A stretch of 64,000 nt of DNA from an uncultured virus (IMG/VR IMGVR_UViG_3300028888_002345) (IMGVR_UViG_3300028888_002345), one strand, 5' to 3'. Counted from the stretch's first letter, positions 1-10,993 are shown. The notes: generated by a model from the letters alone, not told the origin. Numbers and translations: made by a program.

Positions 1-1
1 T

Positions 2-2320
2 GTAAAAGCTGCTTCTACATATAATGTAAATACATCTAATCAAACTATTGCATCGGGGCAATATTTAACAGGAACACAGACAATTCGTGGTGTTACCACT
101 TCAAATATTTCAGCAGCAAATATAAAGAGTGGAGTTGTAGTTAAAGTTGGTGATTCAGCAGATGATGATAGAATTGCCGGTGTTACTGGAACTTTTACTG
201 CGGCAAACACTGTATCAAGCGGACAAACCGCGGCAGGTGCTTCCCAGATTTTATCTGGGTATTCAGGATTTGTAGACGGCGCGGAAGTTAAAGGTAATAT
301 TGTAACAAAAACATCTTCTAATTTAACAGCAAGCGGCGCTACTGTAACAGTTCCAGCAGGATACTATGCTTCCGAAGCAACAAAATCTGTTGCAACTGCA
401 ACTCATGCAAATCCTACAGCAAGTATTAATTCTTCTACAGGGGTAGTTACAGCGTCCCATACCCAGGCCGCGGGTTATGTTGCAGCAGGAACAACAACTG
501 GGACATTAAATCTTACCACGCAGGCAGCAAAAACTGTAACGCCAACTACTTCTGCTCAAACTGCTGTTGCAGCAGGCAGGTATACTACTGGTGCAGTTAC
601 TGTTGCAGCTATTCCAAGTTCTTATATTCAACCAGCAGGAACTATAAGTATAACTGCTAATGGAACTCATAATGTAAATGATTATAAGACTGCAAATGTA
701 AATGTACCAATTCCAGATGGATATATTCAACCAGCAGGTACTACAACTATAACTACTAACGGGACTCATAATGTGAATAATTATAAAGCAGCAGAAGTAA
801 ATATATAGCCTAATCTTGAATCTAATAAAAATGTTATTCCTTCTTAGGAGACGCAGATAATAACTGCTGGTACTTATAATATAGCAGGAACTACTGTATT
901 TTGGAAAGAAAGAACAGAAACAATTAATATATCTACTGGCCAGTCTAATGTTTATTATCAAGATTCAACAGCTGATCTTTACTATAAGTTATCTTATGAA
1001 AAACATGGGGCAGAACCAATCTTTTTTACTATTAAATGGAAAGTATATAATGAAAATCATACGGTACTCGATAGTGGGTCTTTCACTGAAATAAAAAATC
1101 CATCATCTTATTAGTATAATATAACTTTTGATAATCATATAGGATCTGGTGCAACAGAGGCCACACTTCGTTTTGATTGTTATAATAGTTATTATAGGCT
1201 TACTATGAATTCAGGAGCGACGCAGAATTTAATATATGAACTTACTATGAGTGGGGCAAACGTTGCTACTGGACAGTATGATGGTCTTGCACAGGTAACA
1301 GTAGAAGCTATACCAAGCTCTTATATTCAACCGGCTGGAACATTAGATATTACTACTGATGGGACTTATGATGTTAAAAATTACGCAAGCGCAAGTGTAA
1401 ATGTATCACCAACTTATACTTTAACTTTATTAGGTGCTCAAGGATCAACATATACTATAGAAAAAAATGGAGGAACTAGACAAGATTTTGTTACTGGTGC
1501 AACTTATAGTTTTGTTCCAGGTGATACATTTAAATTTAGAATTGTTGATGGTGGAACTATTTATCTTGATGGAGAGGTTGTATCAACTGGTGGTGGATAT
1601 ACAAATTCTTATACTTTTACTACATCAGATAATGATGTTAATGTAACAGCAAATAATTATAAAATATATATTGAAAACATAATTTCAACAATTTCTATTA
1701 CTGAAAATGGAACATACAATGTTAAAGATTATACTGTAGCTAATGTTAGTGTTAGTGCTCTATGTAATAATTATGATGATTTAATAACTCGTACAATTTC
1801 CGGAAATGTTAAGAATGAGACTGCTTCTATAGTTGGTAGGTATGCTTTTGCACAATGCTCGAAAATAGATAATGTAGAATTTACATTAGCAACATTAATT
1901 TCTCCAAGTGCTTTTATGTCTTGTTCTTCACTTCTATCAGTAAGTTTTCCTGTTGCAACAACAATAGATGCATATGCATTTTCCGGATGTAGCAAGTTAA
2001 GAAGTATTACATTCCCAGATTTACAATCTATTGGTAATTATGTATTTCAATATTGTTATTCTCTTTCGATTGTTAGTTTACCAAAAGCATCATTTATTGG
2101 AGCTGGTGCATTTTCTAATTGCAGAAGACTTGTTGATTTATATCTTCTTGGAAGCAGATTAGTAACACTTTCTAGTACTAATGCATTTAATAATACAATT
2201 TTTTCTGGATATTCAACATATACTAGCAATGGATATATCCACGTTCCATCATCTCTTTATTCATCATATTTAACTGCTACTAATTGGAGTTTCTTTTCAT
2301 CATTTTTCGTATCAGAATAA
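2..2320 (+). CDS. Tail fibre/receptor-binding-like protein with Thr-rich repeats and C-terminal BspA-type leucine-rich repeats (5' truncated; 3 in-frame TAG)
   Basis: Frame open from base 2 to TAA at 2320 apart from TAG at 806, 845, 1112; PSGYIQPAGT..ITTNG repeats; C-terminal IGxxAFxxCxxL repeats. Confidence 0.75.
612..810 (+). repeat. ~93-nt (31-aa) repeat units PxxYIQPAGTxxITxNGTHNVxxYxxAxVN
   Basis: Two tandem units here, one more near 1310-1410, three tandem units at ~3871-4170. Confidence 0.8.
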
Positions 2321-2343
2321 TTAAAATTGGAGTAAACTGAATA

Positions 2344-3321
2344 ATGAAATTACAAATTTTAATACCTCAATACCATGAAACTGATAATATCGTAAAACCA
2401 TTACTTGATAGCATAGCTCTTCAGCAAAATGTAGACTTTAATGAAATTGGAGTCGTCATAGTAAATGACGGCTCCGACGTCCACTTAAGTGACGCACTTA
2501 TAAATGGTTACCCATTTAAAATCGAATATTATTTTAATGAACATTTAGGAGTCAGTGCTACGCGTAATGCATGCCTTGATCATGCAACTGCAGATTATGT
2601 AATGTTCTGTGATGCTGATGATATGTTTTATAACATGTGTGGATTATGGATTGTATTTCGTGAAATTGAATATGGTGGTTTTGATAGTTTAACATCAGTA
2701 TTTGTTGAAGAAACAAGACACCCTGAAACAAAAGAACCTATTTATATTAATCGTGAAATGGATAGTACATTTGTTCATGGTAAAGTTCATAGACGGCAAT
2801 ATTTAATTGATAATGATATTCGTTGGAATCCTAATCTTACGATTCATGAAGATAGTTTCTTTAATATTCAATGTTCTAATCTTTCTCAGAATGTTAAATA
2901 TTGCCCTACTCCATTTTATTTATGGAAATGGCGAGATGAAAGTGTATGTAGACATGATCCAAAATATATATTAAAAACATATAAAAATATGATTGATAGT
3001 AATGATGCTCTTGTTGGTGAGTTTTTAAAACGTAACGCAAAAGATAAAGCATTATTCTATGTTGCTTTTATGATATTTGATGCATATTATACGATGAATA
3101 AAATTGAATGGATTAACCAAGAAAATAAAGAATATCGGGATATGACAGAAAAACATTTTCAAAAATATTATAAAAAGCATAAAAAACACTGGAATGAAAT
3201 TTCTCCAATGGATAAAATCCAAATTTCTCAAGGAATTAGAGGCAGAAGCGTAATGGAAGGAATGCAACTCGAATCAATGACTATTGATGGATGGTTAAAA
3301 CACATTGAAAGGATGAAGTAA
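2344..3321 (+). CDS. Glycosyltransferase family 2
   Basis: ILIPQY, IVNDGS, GVSATRN, FCDADD and HED motifs; no internal TAG. Confidence 0.9.
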   Translation: MKLQILIPQYHETDNIVKPLLDSIALQQNVDFNEIGVVIVNDGSDVHLSDALINGYPFKIEYYFNEHLGVSATRNACLDHATADYVMFCDADDMFYNMCGLWIVFREIEYGGFDSLTSVFVEETRHPETKEPIYINREMDSTFVHGKVHRRQYLIDNDIRWNPNLTIHEDSFFNIQCSNLSQNVKYCPTPFYLWKWRDESVCRHDPKYILKTYKNMIDSNDALVGEFLKRNAKDKALFYVAFMIFDAYYTMNKIEWINQENKEYRDMTEKHFQKYYKKHKKHWNEISPMDKIQISQGIRGRSVMEGMQLESMTIDGWLKHIERMK

Positions 3322-3363
3322 AATAAGATAAAATACTTTTATCCTATTTTAAGGAGAAAATAA

Positions 3364-5022
3364 ATGAGTGAAGAAACAATTAATAAAGTAATTATTACTA
3401 AACGCAAGCTTGACGATCTTGCTGAAGCAGTCCAGCAGAAAACAGTTTTTCATAATCCAATAACTATAAATCAAATGACAACTGCTATATAGGGTTTACA
3501 TCTTGCGCGAACTTATATGGCGACAATTACAGAACCAAATACAGGTTCTAATGGACCTTATATTGAATATAATGGTACAATATACAAATAGGGGTTTTTT
3601 TCATTTTATGCTGGAGATACTTGTAAAATATATGCTAATTCTGGTAATAATAATCAAGGAATTGTATATGATAATTTTGAATAGGTTTTAGGAGAAACGG
3701 ATACTAATAATCCTTATTATGTATTTTGTCTTCCAGGAAATGATATAAGTTTATAGTTATTATCTGGAGAAGATCAAGGCCAAGTTTGGATATTGTATCC
3801 TATTCGTCAAATTACTCAAAATGGTGTAGATGATGTTTATGGGTATCGTATGGTGGATGTACAAGTTCCTGTCCCTAGTGGATATATTCAACCAGCGGGT
3901 ACTACAACTATAACAACTAACGGAATCCATAATGTAAATAATTATAAAACTGCGAATGTAAATGTTCCTATACCTAGCGGATATATTCAGCCAGCAGGAA
4001 CTACAAATATCACTTCCAACGGAACTTATAATGTAATGAATTATGCAAGTGCAAATGTAAATGTTCCTATTCCTAGTGGATATATTCAACCAGCTGGAAC
4101 TACAAATATTACTACTAATGGAACTCATAATGTAACAAACTATGCAAGCGCAGAGGTAAATGTATAGCCTAATCTTGAACCTAATAGAACTATTACACCT
4201 TCTGCTACTGCACAAATAATAACTCCTGGAACATACGAAGAAACAAATGGGTCAACTACTGTTACTAAACAATATGATGGACTTTCACAGGTTACTGTTG
4301 AAGCGATAAAACCATATCCATATCTTGTTACTATAAGTCAATTAATTAAAGATGATTATAATGGATATATATTATATAAAGGAAATCGGTATCCAGATAG
4401 TTTAAATGCATCTAATCCATTACTTTTAGTAAATCCTGGAGATAACATACAAATTGTTATTCCTAATCAAAAAGATTATGAGATAACAGAAGGTGAAACA
4501 GTAATTGCATCTGGTACTGGAAATATAGATTTTACTTATACTATTAATAATATATTTCCTGATATACATATATACGAAGAAACTGAAACGTAGTAGCTTA
4601 AATTATACATAACTAATTTTATTCCAGAAACGAGTTTTTATTTTGGTGCGAGTCAATCTGAAGGACATATAAATGTTTTAGTTTCATCAGAACCCTTTAC
4701 ACAATTATCTAATTATATTTCGGCATGTTCTTTTGATCAATATGCTGGTGGTGGTAGAAGTTCTGTAGGAGGAAGTATATTTATTCCAATTGGAGCATAT
4801 GTTTCTGTTTATATATCTTTATCAGATTTAAATTATTCAATTAATATAAATGATATTCGTATTGAAACTTCAGATGAAGTAGATCAATTTGAAGATTTTG
4901 ATTTAAATTCATTTAATGATATTTCTATAACTGCTGAAAACACAGATTCGACAAATGCAATCTTTCATATTACTTATAAAAATAATATTCCTATTTCTAT
5001 TAGTTGTAGTATAGTTGGTTAA
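3364..5022 (+). CDS. Tail-fibre-like repeat protein (7 in-frame TAG, including tandem TAG TAG at 4591-4596)
   Basis: AAGGAG RBS and ATG at 3364; open to TAA at 5022 with TAG read-through; shares the 31-aa repeats with the first ORF. Confidence 0.75.
3871..4170 (+). repeat. Three tandem ~93-nt repeats
   Basis: ggatatattca(a/g)ccagc recurs at ~93-nt spacing. Confidence 0.85.
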
Positions 5023-5033
5023 GGAGCATTATA

Positions 5034-5570
5034 ATGGCATTTTCAAAAATTATATTAAATGGTTAGACTTTAATGGATGTCACTAAAGATACTATTACTG
5101 CTTCATCAGCTCTTGATGGAATAACTGCTCACAATGCAGCAGGAAATAAAATAACCGGTTCTCTTGGTACAGTCGCTCAAGCTATTCCTTCTATTTCAGT
5201 AAGTTCTTCCGGACTTATAACAGCAACTTCCGTTCAAGCGGCTGGAGTTGTTGAATCTGGAACTAAAACAGCTACACAGCAGCTTACAACGGTTGCAGCA
5301 ACGACATATAATACATCTACAACAGACCAGACAATTCCTTCGGGAAGATATACAACTGGAACTCAAACGATTAAAGCTGTTACTGTAAGTGGATTATCGG
5401 CAGCAAACATTGCATCTGGTGTAACAGTTAAAGTTGGTGACGCTAATGATGATGATCGTATTGCATCTGTAACAGGGACTCTTACTTTTGTAAATTATTA
5501 TACTGGTAGTTCAACACCATCAAGTTCAACAGGTTCTAATGGTGATATTTATTTAAAGACTGTGGGGTGA
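5034..5570 (+). CDS. Tail-fibre-associated protein (TAG at codon 11)
   Basis: AAGGAG RBS, MAFSKIILNG*TLMDVT; shares the SAANIxSGVxVKVGD..DDDRIA module with the first ORF. Confidence 0.75.
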
Positions 5571-5574
5571 GTAA

Positions 5575-6990
5575 ATGCCAACGATTAGACTTATCCCAAG
5601 TACATATTATTTAAGTAGTACCCAATATTTATCAGTTAGTAATGCTGCAAATATGTATCATAACACTGATAACACTTCATATGCAACCGTTACGAACTCA
5701 AGAACATCTACAACTTCTTATTATATTTATTTAAGAGGATTTAACTTTGATGATATTCCAAGTACAGCAGTTGTAAGCAGCTTTTCTGTTAAACTGAAAG
5801 CTTATGAGTCTGGTGTTTCTACTTCTGATTCATATAAGCCTTATCTTGCTGATGGAACAACCGCGATTAATGGCTCATGCCCGGCAATAACAGCTACTGC
5901 TTCGGTTCATACTTTTACAGGTATAACGGCCGATTGGGAAACCATTTCTGGATATGGAGATGATTTCGGTATTCGAATCAACTGCCGCAGAGCAAGTAGA
6001 AATACTACTGGTCATATGTACATCTATGGTGCAGAAATAGAAGTGACATATTCGATGCCCGACCCAAGAACCATTACCACAACATTATCCGGAAGTGGAA
6101 CAATTTCGCCTTCTGGACAATCAACCGCATATGATGGCGATGAATTCGAGCTGACTATTACCCCAACAAATATTTCCGATACAGTAACCGTAACTCTTAA
6201 TGGAACTAATGTTACATCTGAACTTGAGGAACACTATTCTGGTGGATCATCAACAAGCACTTCTCACACTGCGGAAAGTTTTACAACAGAACTTAGTGCA
6301 AGTGGAGCAAACTTTTATATAAGTTCAAGTTCTACGGGAAATTACTTTAACTATGCGGTAGGACATACAGCGGAAAGCCCCGGCTCAACCTCAACATCTT
6401 ATAACACATACGTTAAAGATAACGGCAGTAATACTGCGACTGGATGGGCGTGGTATACGTTTGATTTCAGTGCAATTCCTGAAACAGCAGAAGTTCAGAG
6501 CATTGAAGTAAAATGTTATGGCGCTTGTGAAAATACTACGCACGATGCCACGCATAAAGCCGATATGTCTTTATATTCTGGATCAGAACTTAAAAGTAAT
6601 ATTCAGCACTTTTCAAGTACATCAAATTCTACGGTTACAATTTCTGACCCTGGAGAGTGGACAAGAGACGAACTTCAAAATGCGAAGCTAAAATTTGAAG
6701 TTGCGTACTATGGCGGACGTTTATTTGGAATAACTTGGAAAGTTACATATTCTTATGGCGGCTCACTACATCATTATACATATACCTATACAGTAAGTGG
6801 AAACGCAACGATTGCAGTAGTTATTGGTGGCGGATCTGGATAGACAAATAAACTTTATGTAAAACTTAATAATACTTGGAAAGAAGTAGAAAAGGCATAC
6901 ATAAAATCAAATGGAACTTGGACAGAAATAGTTGATATAACTAATGTTTTTAGTTCATTAAATAACTATGTATATAAAGGTAATATATAA
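5575..6990 (+). CDS. Tail fibre/virion protein (1 TAG at 6841)
   Basis: Read-through adds a typical YVKLNNTWKEVEKAYIKSNGTW C-terminal motif and ends at TAA 6990. Confidence 0.75.
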
Positions 6991-7005
6991 TATATTATTA
7001 TTTTC

Positions 7006-7034
7006 TTTACTTTTTAAAAAATTTTTGATATAAT
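7006..7034 (+). promoter_or_regulatory. sigmaA-type promoter heading the RNA island
   Basis: TTTACT-17-TATAAT with extended TG. Confidence 0.6.
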
Positions 7035-7255
7035 ATTTATATAAAGAAAAGGAAATAAAAGTGAAAATCAAATATTATTTTTTTAAAATAATTCCGTGAT
7101 AGTCGGTAAATCCTACTTTTAAAGACCGCAACTTCAAAAGTAGGTTGGCAAGTCTAGGAAAAGACTAGACCGAGTATTCTTTCAGGAGTAATGAAAGAAC
7201 GTAAGGTAAGCCGATAGCCTTCCCTGTGAGTTTGCCGGCATAACTCACAGTATAT

Positions 7256-7328
7256 GCCGTCATAATTCAGTTGGTAGAATGACTGATTTGTAATCAGTTC
7301 GTCCCGGGTTCAAGTCCTGGTGGCGGCT
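7256..7328 (+). tRNA. tRNA-Thr(TGT)
   Basis: Cloverleaf; ACTGA-TT TGT AA-TCAGT; GTTCAAG T loop. Confidence 0.95.
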
Positions 7329-7330
7329 CT

Positions 7331-7526
7331 AGGTGAAAAATCCTACCCGACTCACGGGGAAAAAGAGTGACTTCATAGTTCAAGAAGAAACTGTTCGGCG
7401 GCTTGGTGAGCACGCGGCCCGGGAAGAGAAGCGGGTAACTAAAATAACTTCTTCGCCGAGATATAAGGTTGTAAAAATAATATCGGGTCATTCCCATCGT
7501 GTATAAAGGGCTGCAGACCTTTATAA
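7331..7526 (+). ncRNA. Unassigned structured RNA
   Basis: GC-enriched non-coding stretch with several complementary segments (ACCCGA/TCGGGT, TTCGGCG/CGCCGAG, TATAAAGG/CCTTTATA). Confidence 0.4.
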
Positions 7527-7531
7527 GATTT

Positions 7532-7560
7532 TTGCAATTTTAAAAAATTTATGTTATAAT
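7532..7560 (+). promoter_or_regulatory. sigmaA-type promoter
   Basis: TTGCAA-17-TATAAT with extended TG. Confidence 0.65.
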
Positions 7561-7652
7561 ATTTATATAAGGTAAAGAAAGGAAAAAGAACAGAGTAAAC
7601 GCCGTTCCTAAGGACTTGAAATCGTACTCGACCTTATATGAATATTAAACTT

Positions 7653-7723
7653 GGAGATATAGCTCAATAGCAGAGCATACGGCTGTTAACCGTAGTACCT
7701 AGGAGCGTTACCTAGTATCTCCG
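7653..7723 (+). tRNA. tRNA-Asn(GTT), atypical elbow
   Basis: TACGG-CT GTT AA-CCGTA; T loop AGCGTTA; D loop has AG instead of GG. Confidence 0.85.
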
Positions 7724-7923
7724 TTAGATAGTAAGGCAGAGCTATCGGTAAATAAAATAAAATCTCCGGCGTAAGGTTTTAATAAGTTTCAATCTCGCCA
7801 CATCCGTAACAATAGAAACTTATAGAGAGGAAAATATGTAGTCACGGTTCGAGTCCGTAGGAAATGGGAAACTGATATTTTAGTTGCAACCCTCTTGTTA
7901 GAAGTTATTGCAAAACTTCTATT

Positions 7924-7992
7924 CGGAGTATAGTAATAATAGGTAGAATGACACTGACGAGTGCGATGTGGGTTCGATCCCCACTACTCCAA
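7924..7992 (+). pseudogene. Degenerate tRNA-like element
   Basis: Acceptor GGAGTA/TACTCC and perfect T arm GTGGG-TTCGATC-CCCAC, but poor D and anticodon arms. Confidence 0.5.
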
Positions 7993-8140
7993 GCCGTTGA
8001 AGGCCATCGATAAACCTTCCTCAAGTTTAGTCCACTTGCAGAACAGACAATACCAACAGGACCGTGAATATTCACAAGACTTTCCATTATTGATTTGATT
8101 AGTCTATAAAATAAAGCAAATCAAAAAACTAGTTTTTAAA

Positions 8141-8211
8141 AGGTATATAGTGTAAAAGGGAGCACGCACCCCTAAAAAGGTGAGGTCTAGGTTCAAATCC
8201 TGCGTATACCG
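8141..8211 (+). pseudogene. tRNA-like element with 8-nt anticodon loop CCTAAAAA
   Basis: GGTATA/TATACC acceptor, GTGT/GCAC D stem, CACC/GGTG anticodon stem, TTCAAAT T loop. Confidence 0.55.
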
Positions 8212-8434
8212 CTTGTCAGATAAGACGTTAAAATCGACGTTAACACGGATTAAGGAAAGGGTAAACTACCACCGGCACTTGACTGTAGACCTAAATGGGA
8301 ATCTCGGCCCAAAGGCGCGAGGGAGTCAATGATATGTGGCTTAGCGGAAAACGTCTAATAAGAAAGCGAAGTAACCCCACCATTCCTCCAGTTTTTGGGA
8401 GTTCGTCGCGGAGGTAAAACCTAAACCCGTTTTT

Positions 8435-8507
8435 ACTCCTGAGGACAAACAGCAGAGTCACTTGCCTGTCACGCAAGAGATAGCGGGAGCATCACCCGTC
8501 GGGAGTG
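8435..8507 (+). tRNA. tRNA-Asp(GTC), atypical elbow
   Basis: CTTGC-CT GTC AC-GCAAG; acceptor ACTCCTG/CGGGAGT; T loop AGCATCA. Confidence 0.8.
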
Positions 8508-8835
8508 TTAATAAAAATAATAATGTCAATCGGTATTAATAAGACGTCTAAACTACCGAAGAGTCCACTGGAAGAACCCAGCCGTCCTGTCGCAGTGACA
8601 ATGATGAGAGACGATACAACAGTACCTGCCATAGTGCACATAAAAATTCCGGCTATAAAAAAGTCAGGGAGCCGTAGAAATGGACAAAATTATTTTTATT
8701 TAAAATGTTGAATCTCACGGCTAAGCGTAGAGGAAGTTCGAGGTAGATTGGTTTGGAGGTATAGAGAAGTAGAAGCCTCGGTACGTAGTCAACAAGATGG
8801 GACAGGCAGAGTGAGAACATTTACCCATATAATAA

Positions 8836-8906
8836 CGCGGATTAGAGGAGTAGTACCTTGCTTGGCTCATAATCAAGAGACACCGGCGCACATCCGGTAT
8901 CCGCTA
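8836..8906 (+). tRNA. tRNA-Met(CAT), initiator-like
   Basis: CGCGGAT/ATCCGCT with C1:T72 mismatch; CT CAT AA loop; T loop CGCACAT. Confidence 0.8.
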
Positions 8907-9263
8907 TTCAGTACTGACATAAGGTAGTTTAGTATACAAGTTAGTGAAGAATGAATCACGCAAGTTTCTATGATGGACAAGGACTAGTCGCTTGAAACGG
9001 TTATTTGGTCACAACCACTTGCAGACTATAGCCTTATGAATTTTTAGGTTTGCGGTGTAAAAATCCTATAAAACCGCATTCTTCTCTTTTATGTAGTTTG
9101 TGGTCTACGTCTTATATCAAAACCACATTAATCTTTTCAATGAGGAAGGTAACGGGTAAGATACTCACTTCCTCTTTACAATAGAAAAGAGTAAAAGGAG
9201 CGCGGGCGGCGGTCCATTCTAGAAATGGACTAATATTTTCTGGATTATAGCGGCGCCCGCAGG

Positions 9264-9347
9264 TCCCTAATGTGGAACTATATAGCAGCTAAATGTCTAT
9301 TGACTCTTACAGCAGCTTTAGGTCGGGTTCGATTCCCGAATAGGGAA
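9264..9347 (+). ncRNA. tRNA-like element (acceptor and T arm only) containing the GACTCTTACAGCA motif
   Basis: TCCCTA/TAGGGA closing stem; TCGGG-TTCGATT-CCCGA arm. Confidence 0.45.
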
Positions 9348-9352
9348 TTTCA

Positions 9353-9485
9353 ACCTGGGTAAGGCCTGAATTGACAGGATATGACGTGCTGGTTGAGGTC
9401 CAGCGTTGGTTAGCTTACCGCCGGCAATGATGCGCTCATACCGGAGGCAAAGCACAAGTCTCGTGAGCGACGAACGTGCCAGGTA
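9353..9485 (+). ncRNA. Unassigned structured RNA
   Basis: ACCTGG/CCAGGT closing helix with internal hairpins (CCTG/CAGG, GCTGG/CCAGC, CCGG/CCGG). Confidence 0.45.
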
Positions 9486-9530
9486 AGGTTTAGATTTGTA
9501 CCGAAACGATTTTAAAAACAAATCAAATTT

Positions 9531-9559
9531 TTGACAATTATAAAAAATTTTGTTATAAT
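9531..9559 (+). promoter_or_regulatory. Consensus sigmaA promoter
   Basis: TTGACA-17-TATAAT with extended TG. Confidence 0.8.
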
Positions 9560-9719
9560 ATACATATAAAGAACAAAAAGTTCTTAATTTATATGAATTG
9601 AAGGTAAACTCCATTGGACAAGTAAGATTTTAGTAATGTAACTATTGTTTTGTTTGTAACTGATGACATTTTCTTCGAGCGGTCTCCGGCAATCGCTATA
9701 GAAAAATGCCGTTTTACTT

Positions 9720-9748
9720 TTGACAATTATAAAAATTTTTGATATAAT
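9720..9748 (+). promoter_or_regulatory. Consensus sigmaA promoter (near-duplicate of 9531)
   Basis: TTGACA-17-TATAAT with extended TG. Confidence 0.8.
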
Positions 9749-9804
9749 ATACATATAATAAATAATAAATAATAAATATAGTTTTGAAAGGAAAGTAAAT
9801 TAAT

Positions 9805-10155
9805 ATGACAAAAGAAAGTGTACAGGGACTTCTGTATTATTATGAAAATAGTGCTGATCTTGATGAGGGTATTAGAGTTCAGACTGTCGAAGTTCTTAAT
9901 GATGTAATTGCAAAGATGGATGAAGAAGCTGCTATTCTGGCTAAGAAACGTAAGAGTCCAAATAAGAGTGGCGTTGTTCAGGTTGATCCAGAAACTGGTA
10001 AGATTGTTGCAGAATTTGCTTCTCAGAAAGAAGCTCTGATTGCTATCGGAAAAGATCCGAAGAAATCTGGAATCAGTGATGCTATTAATGGAAGAACATC
10101 TACTCATATGGCTTATGGTTTCAAATGGTACTTCAAGGACGAGTTTAAAGCCTAA
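9805..10155 (+). CDS. NUMOD1-like DNA-binding domain protein
   Basis: VVQVDPETGKIVAEFASQKEA...ISDAING...AYGFKWYF. Confidence 0.7.
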   Translation: MTKESVQGLLYYYENSADLDEGIRVQTVEVLNDVIAKMDEEAAILAKKRKSPNKSGVVQVDPETGKIVAEFASQKEALIAIGKDPKKSGISDAINGRTSTHMAYGFKWYFKDEFKA

Positions 10156-10284
10156 TAAGGTTTTATACATATTATAATCATAATTATCCTTTCTCGGTTT
10201 TATAGTTTTTCTCCTTAAAAAACTATTCTTTTTTACATATGTGCCGGTTAAATGATAAAAGTTCATATATAAAAAAGAAACTAA

Positions 10285-10367
10285 GCGGTTGTGGTGGAAT
10301 CGGTAGACACTAGGGTCTTAAAAACCCTTGGCTTCGAGCCGTGTGGGTTCAAGTCCCACCAGCCGTA
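10285..10367 (+). tRNA. tRNA-Leu(TAA)
   Basis: AGGGT-CT TAA AA-ACCCT; long variable arm. Confidence 0.95.
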
Positions 10368-10638
10368 TTTAGAGTGGCTGAAAGTTTGGTGCTTGAAAGT
10401 TTAAAAAATAATTATATAATGAGGGTGAAGGCTTATACTTCTTAATGAGGTCATGAAAAGGAACACTGGCGCAATGCACTGATGCGGTGATTATATACTG
10501 GGGCGAGTAGAATACCAGAAAACCTCTCGCGAGCAATCTCATTGGACATAACTAGGTAATTATTATATTTTTATTTTTTAAATGAGTAAGATAGTAGCCA
10601 ATAAGTGAACATGCTGTATAATATAGTTCTACTCTAAA
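10368..10638 (+). ncRNA. Unassigned ~270-nt structured RNA between the two Leu tRNAs
   Basis: TTTAGAGTGG/CTACTCTAAA closing helix; no ORF. Confidence 0.35.
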
Positions 10639-10642
10639 ATTT

Positions 10643-10722
10643 ACCCTTATGGTGGAATTGGTAGACACGTATGCCCTAGGAGCATATGCTTATGCGTAAG
10701 AGTTCGAGTCTCTTTAAGGGTA
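10643..10722 (+). tRNA. tRNA-Leu(TAG anticodon) with C33
   Basis: TATGC-CC TAG GA-GCATA; GGTGGAATTGGTAGAC D arm. Confidence 0.85.
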
Positions 10723-10779
10723 TCAGAAAACATTTTTCGTTTTCTTACCTCCTTTCTTTTTATAAATAAATAGTTTTTA

Positions 10780-10833
10780 AAGGCACATACAGCAATTTAA
10801 AACAGTTGTTATGGAGACTATTTTAGTGCCTTG
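10780..10833 (+). ncRNA. ACAGCAA-motif small RNA, copy 1
   Basis: AAGGCAC/GTGCCTT helix followed by ATACAGCAAT. Confidence 0.55.
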
Positions 10834-10839
10834 TTATTT

Positions 10840-10914
10840 AGGAATGTGGCGCAACTGGTTAGCGCAGAGGTCTTATAAACCTAAGGTTTACGGGTTCAAG
10901 TCCCGTCATTCCTA
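10840..10914 (+). tRNA. tRNA-Ile(TAT)
   Basis: AGGAATG/CATTCCT; AGGT-CT TAT AA-ACCT. Confidence 0.9.
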
Positions 10915-10993
10915 TTTTTATAGTCCAGGCTAGCTCTAGACTTTAAACTATGTTAGTATATCTTGTTGGCTAGTAGAGAGATATACTAATTAA

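Noticed and set aside
612..4170. CRISPR array or DGR template/variable repeats
   Set aside because: The repeats are in-frame coding units with mostly synonymous differences, no spacers and no adenine-specific pattern; no cas or reverse transcriptase gene in the window.
8713..8828. RNase P RNA, suggested by GAGGAAGTTC
   Set aside because: No convincing P4 partner or other conserved regions; kept only as an unassigned structured RNA.
9659..9712. Hammerhead ribozyme, suggested by CTGATGA
   Set aside because: No GAAA after stem II and no stem I/III arrangement found.
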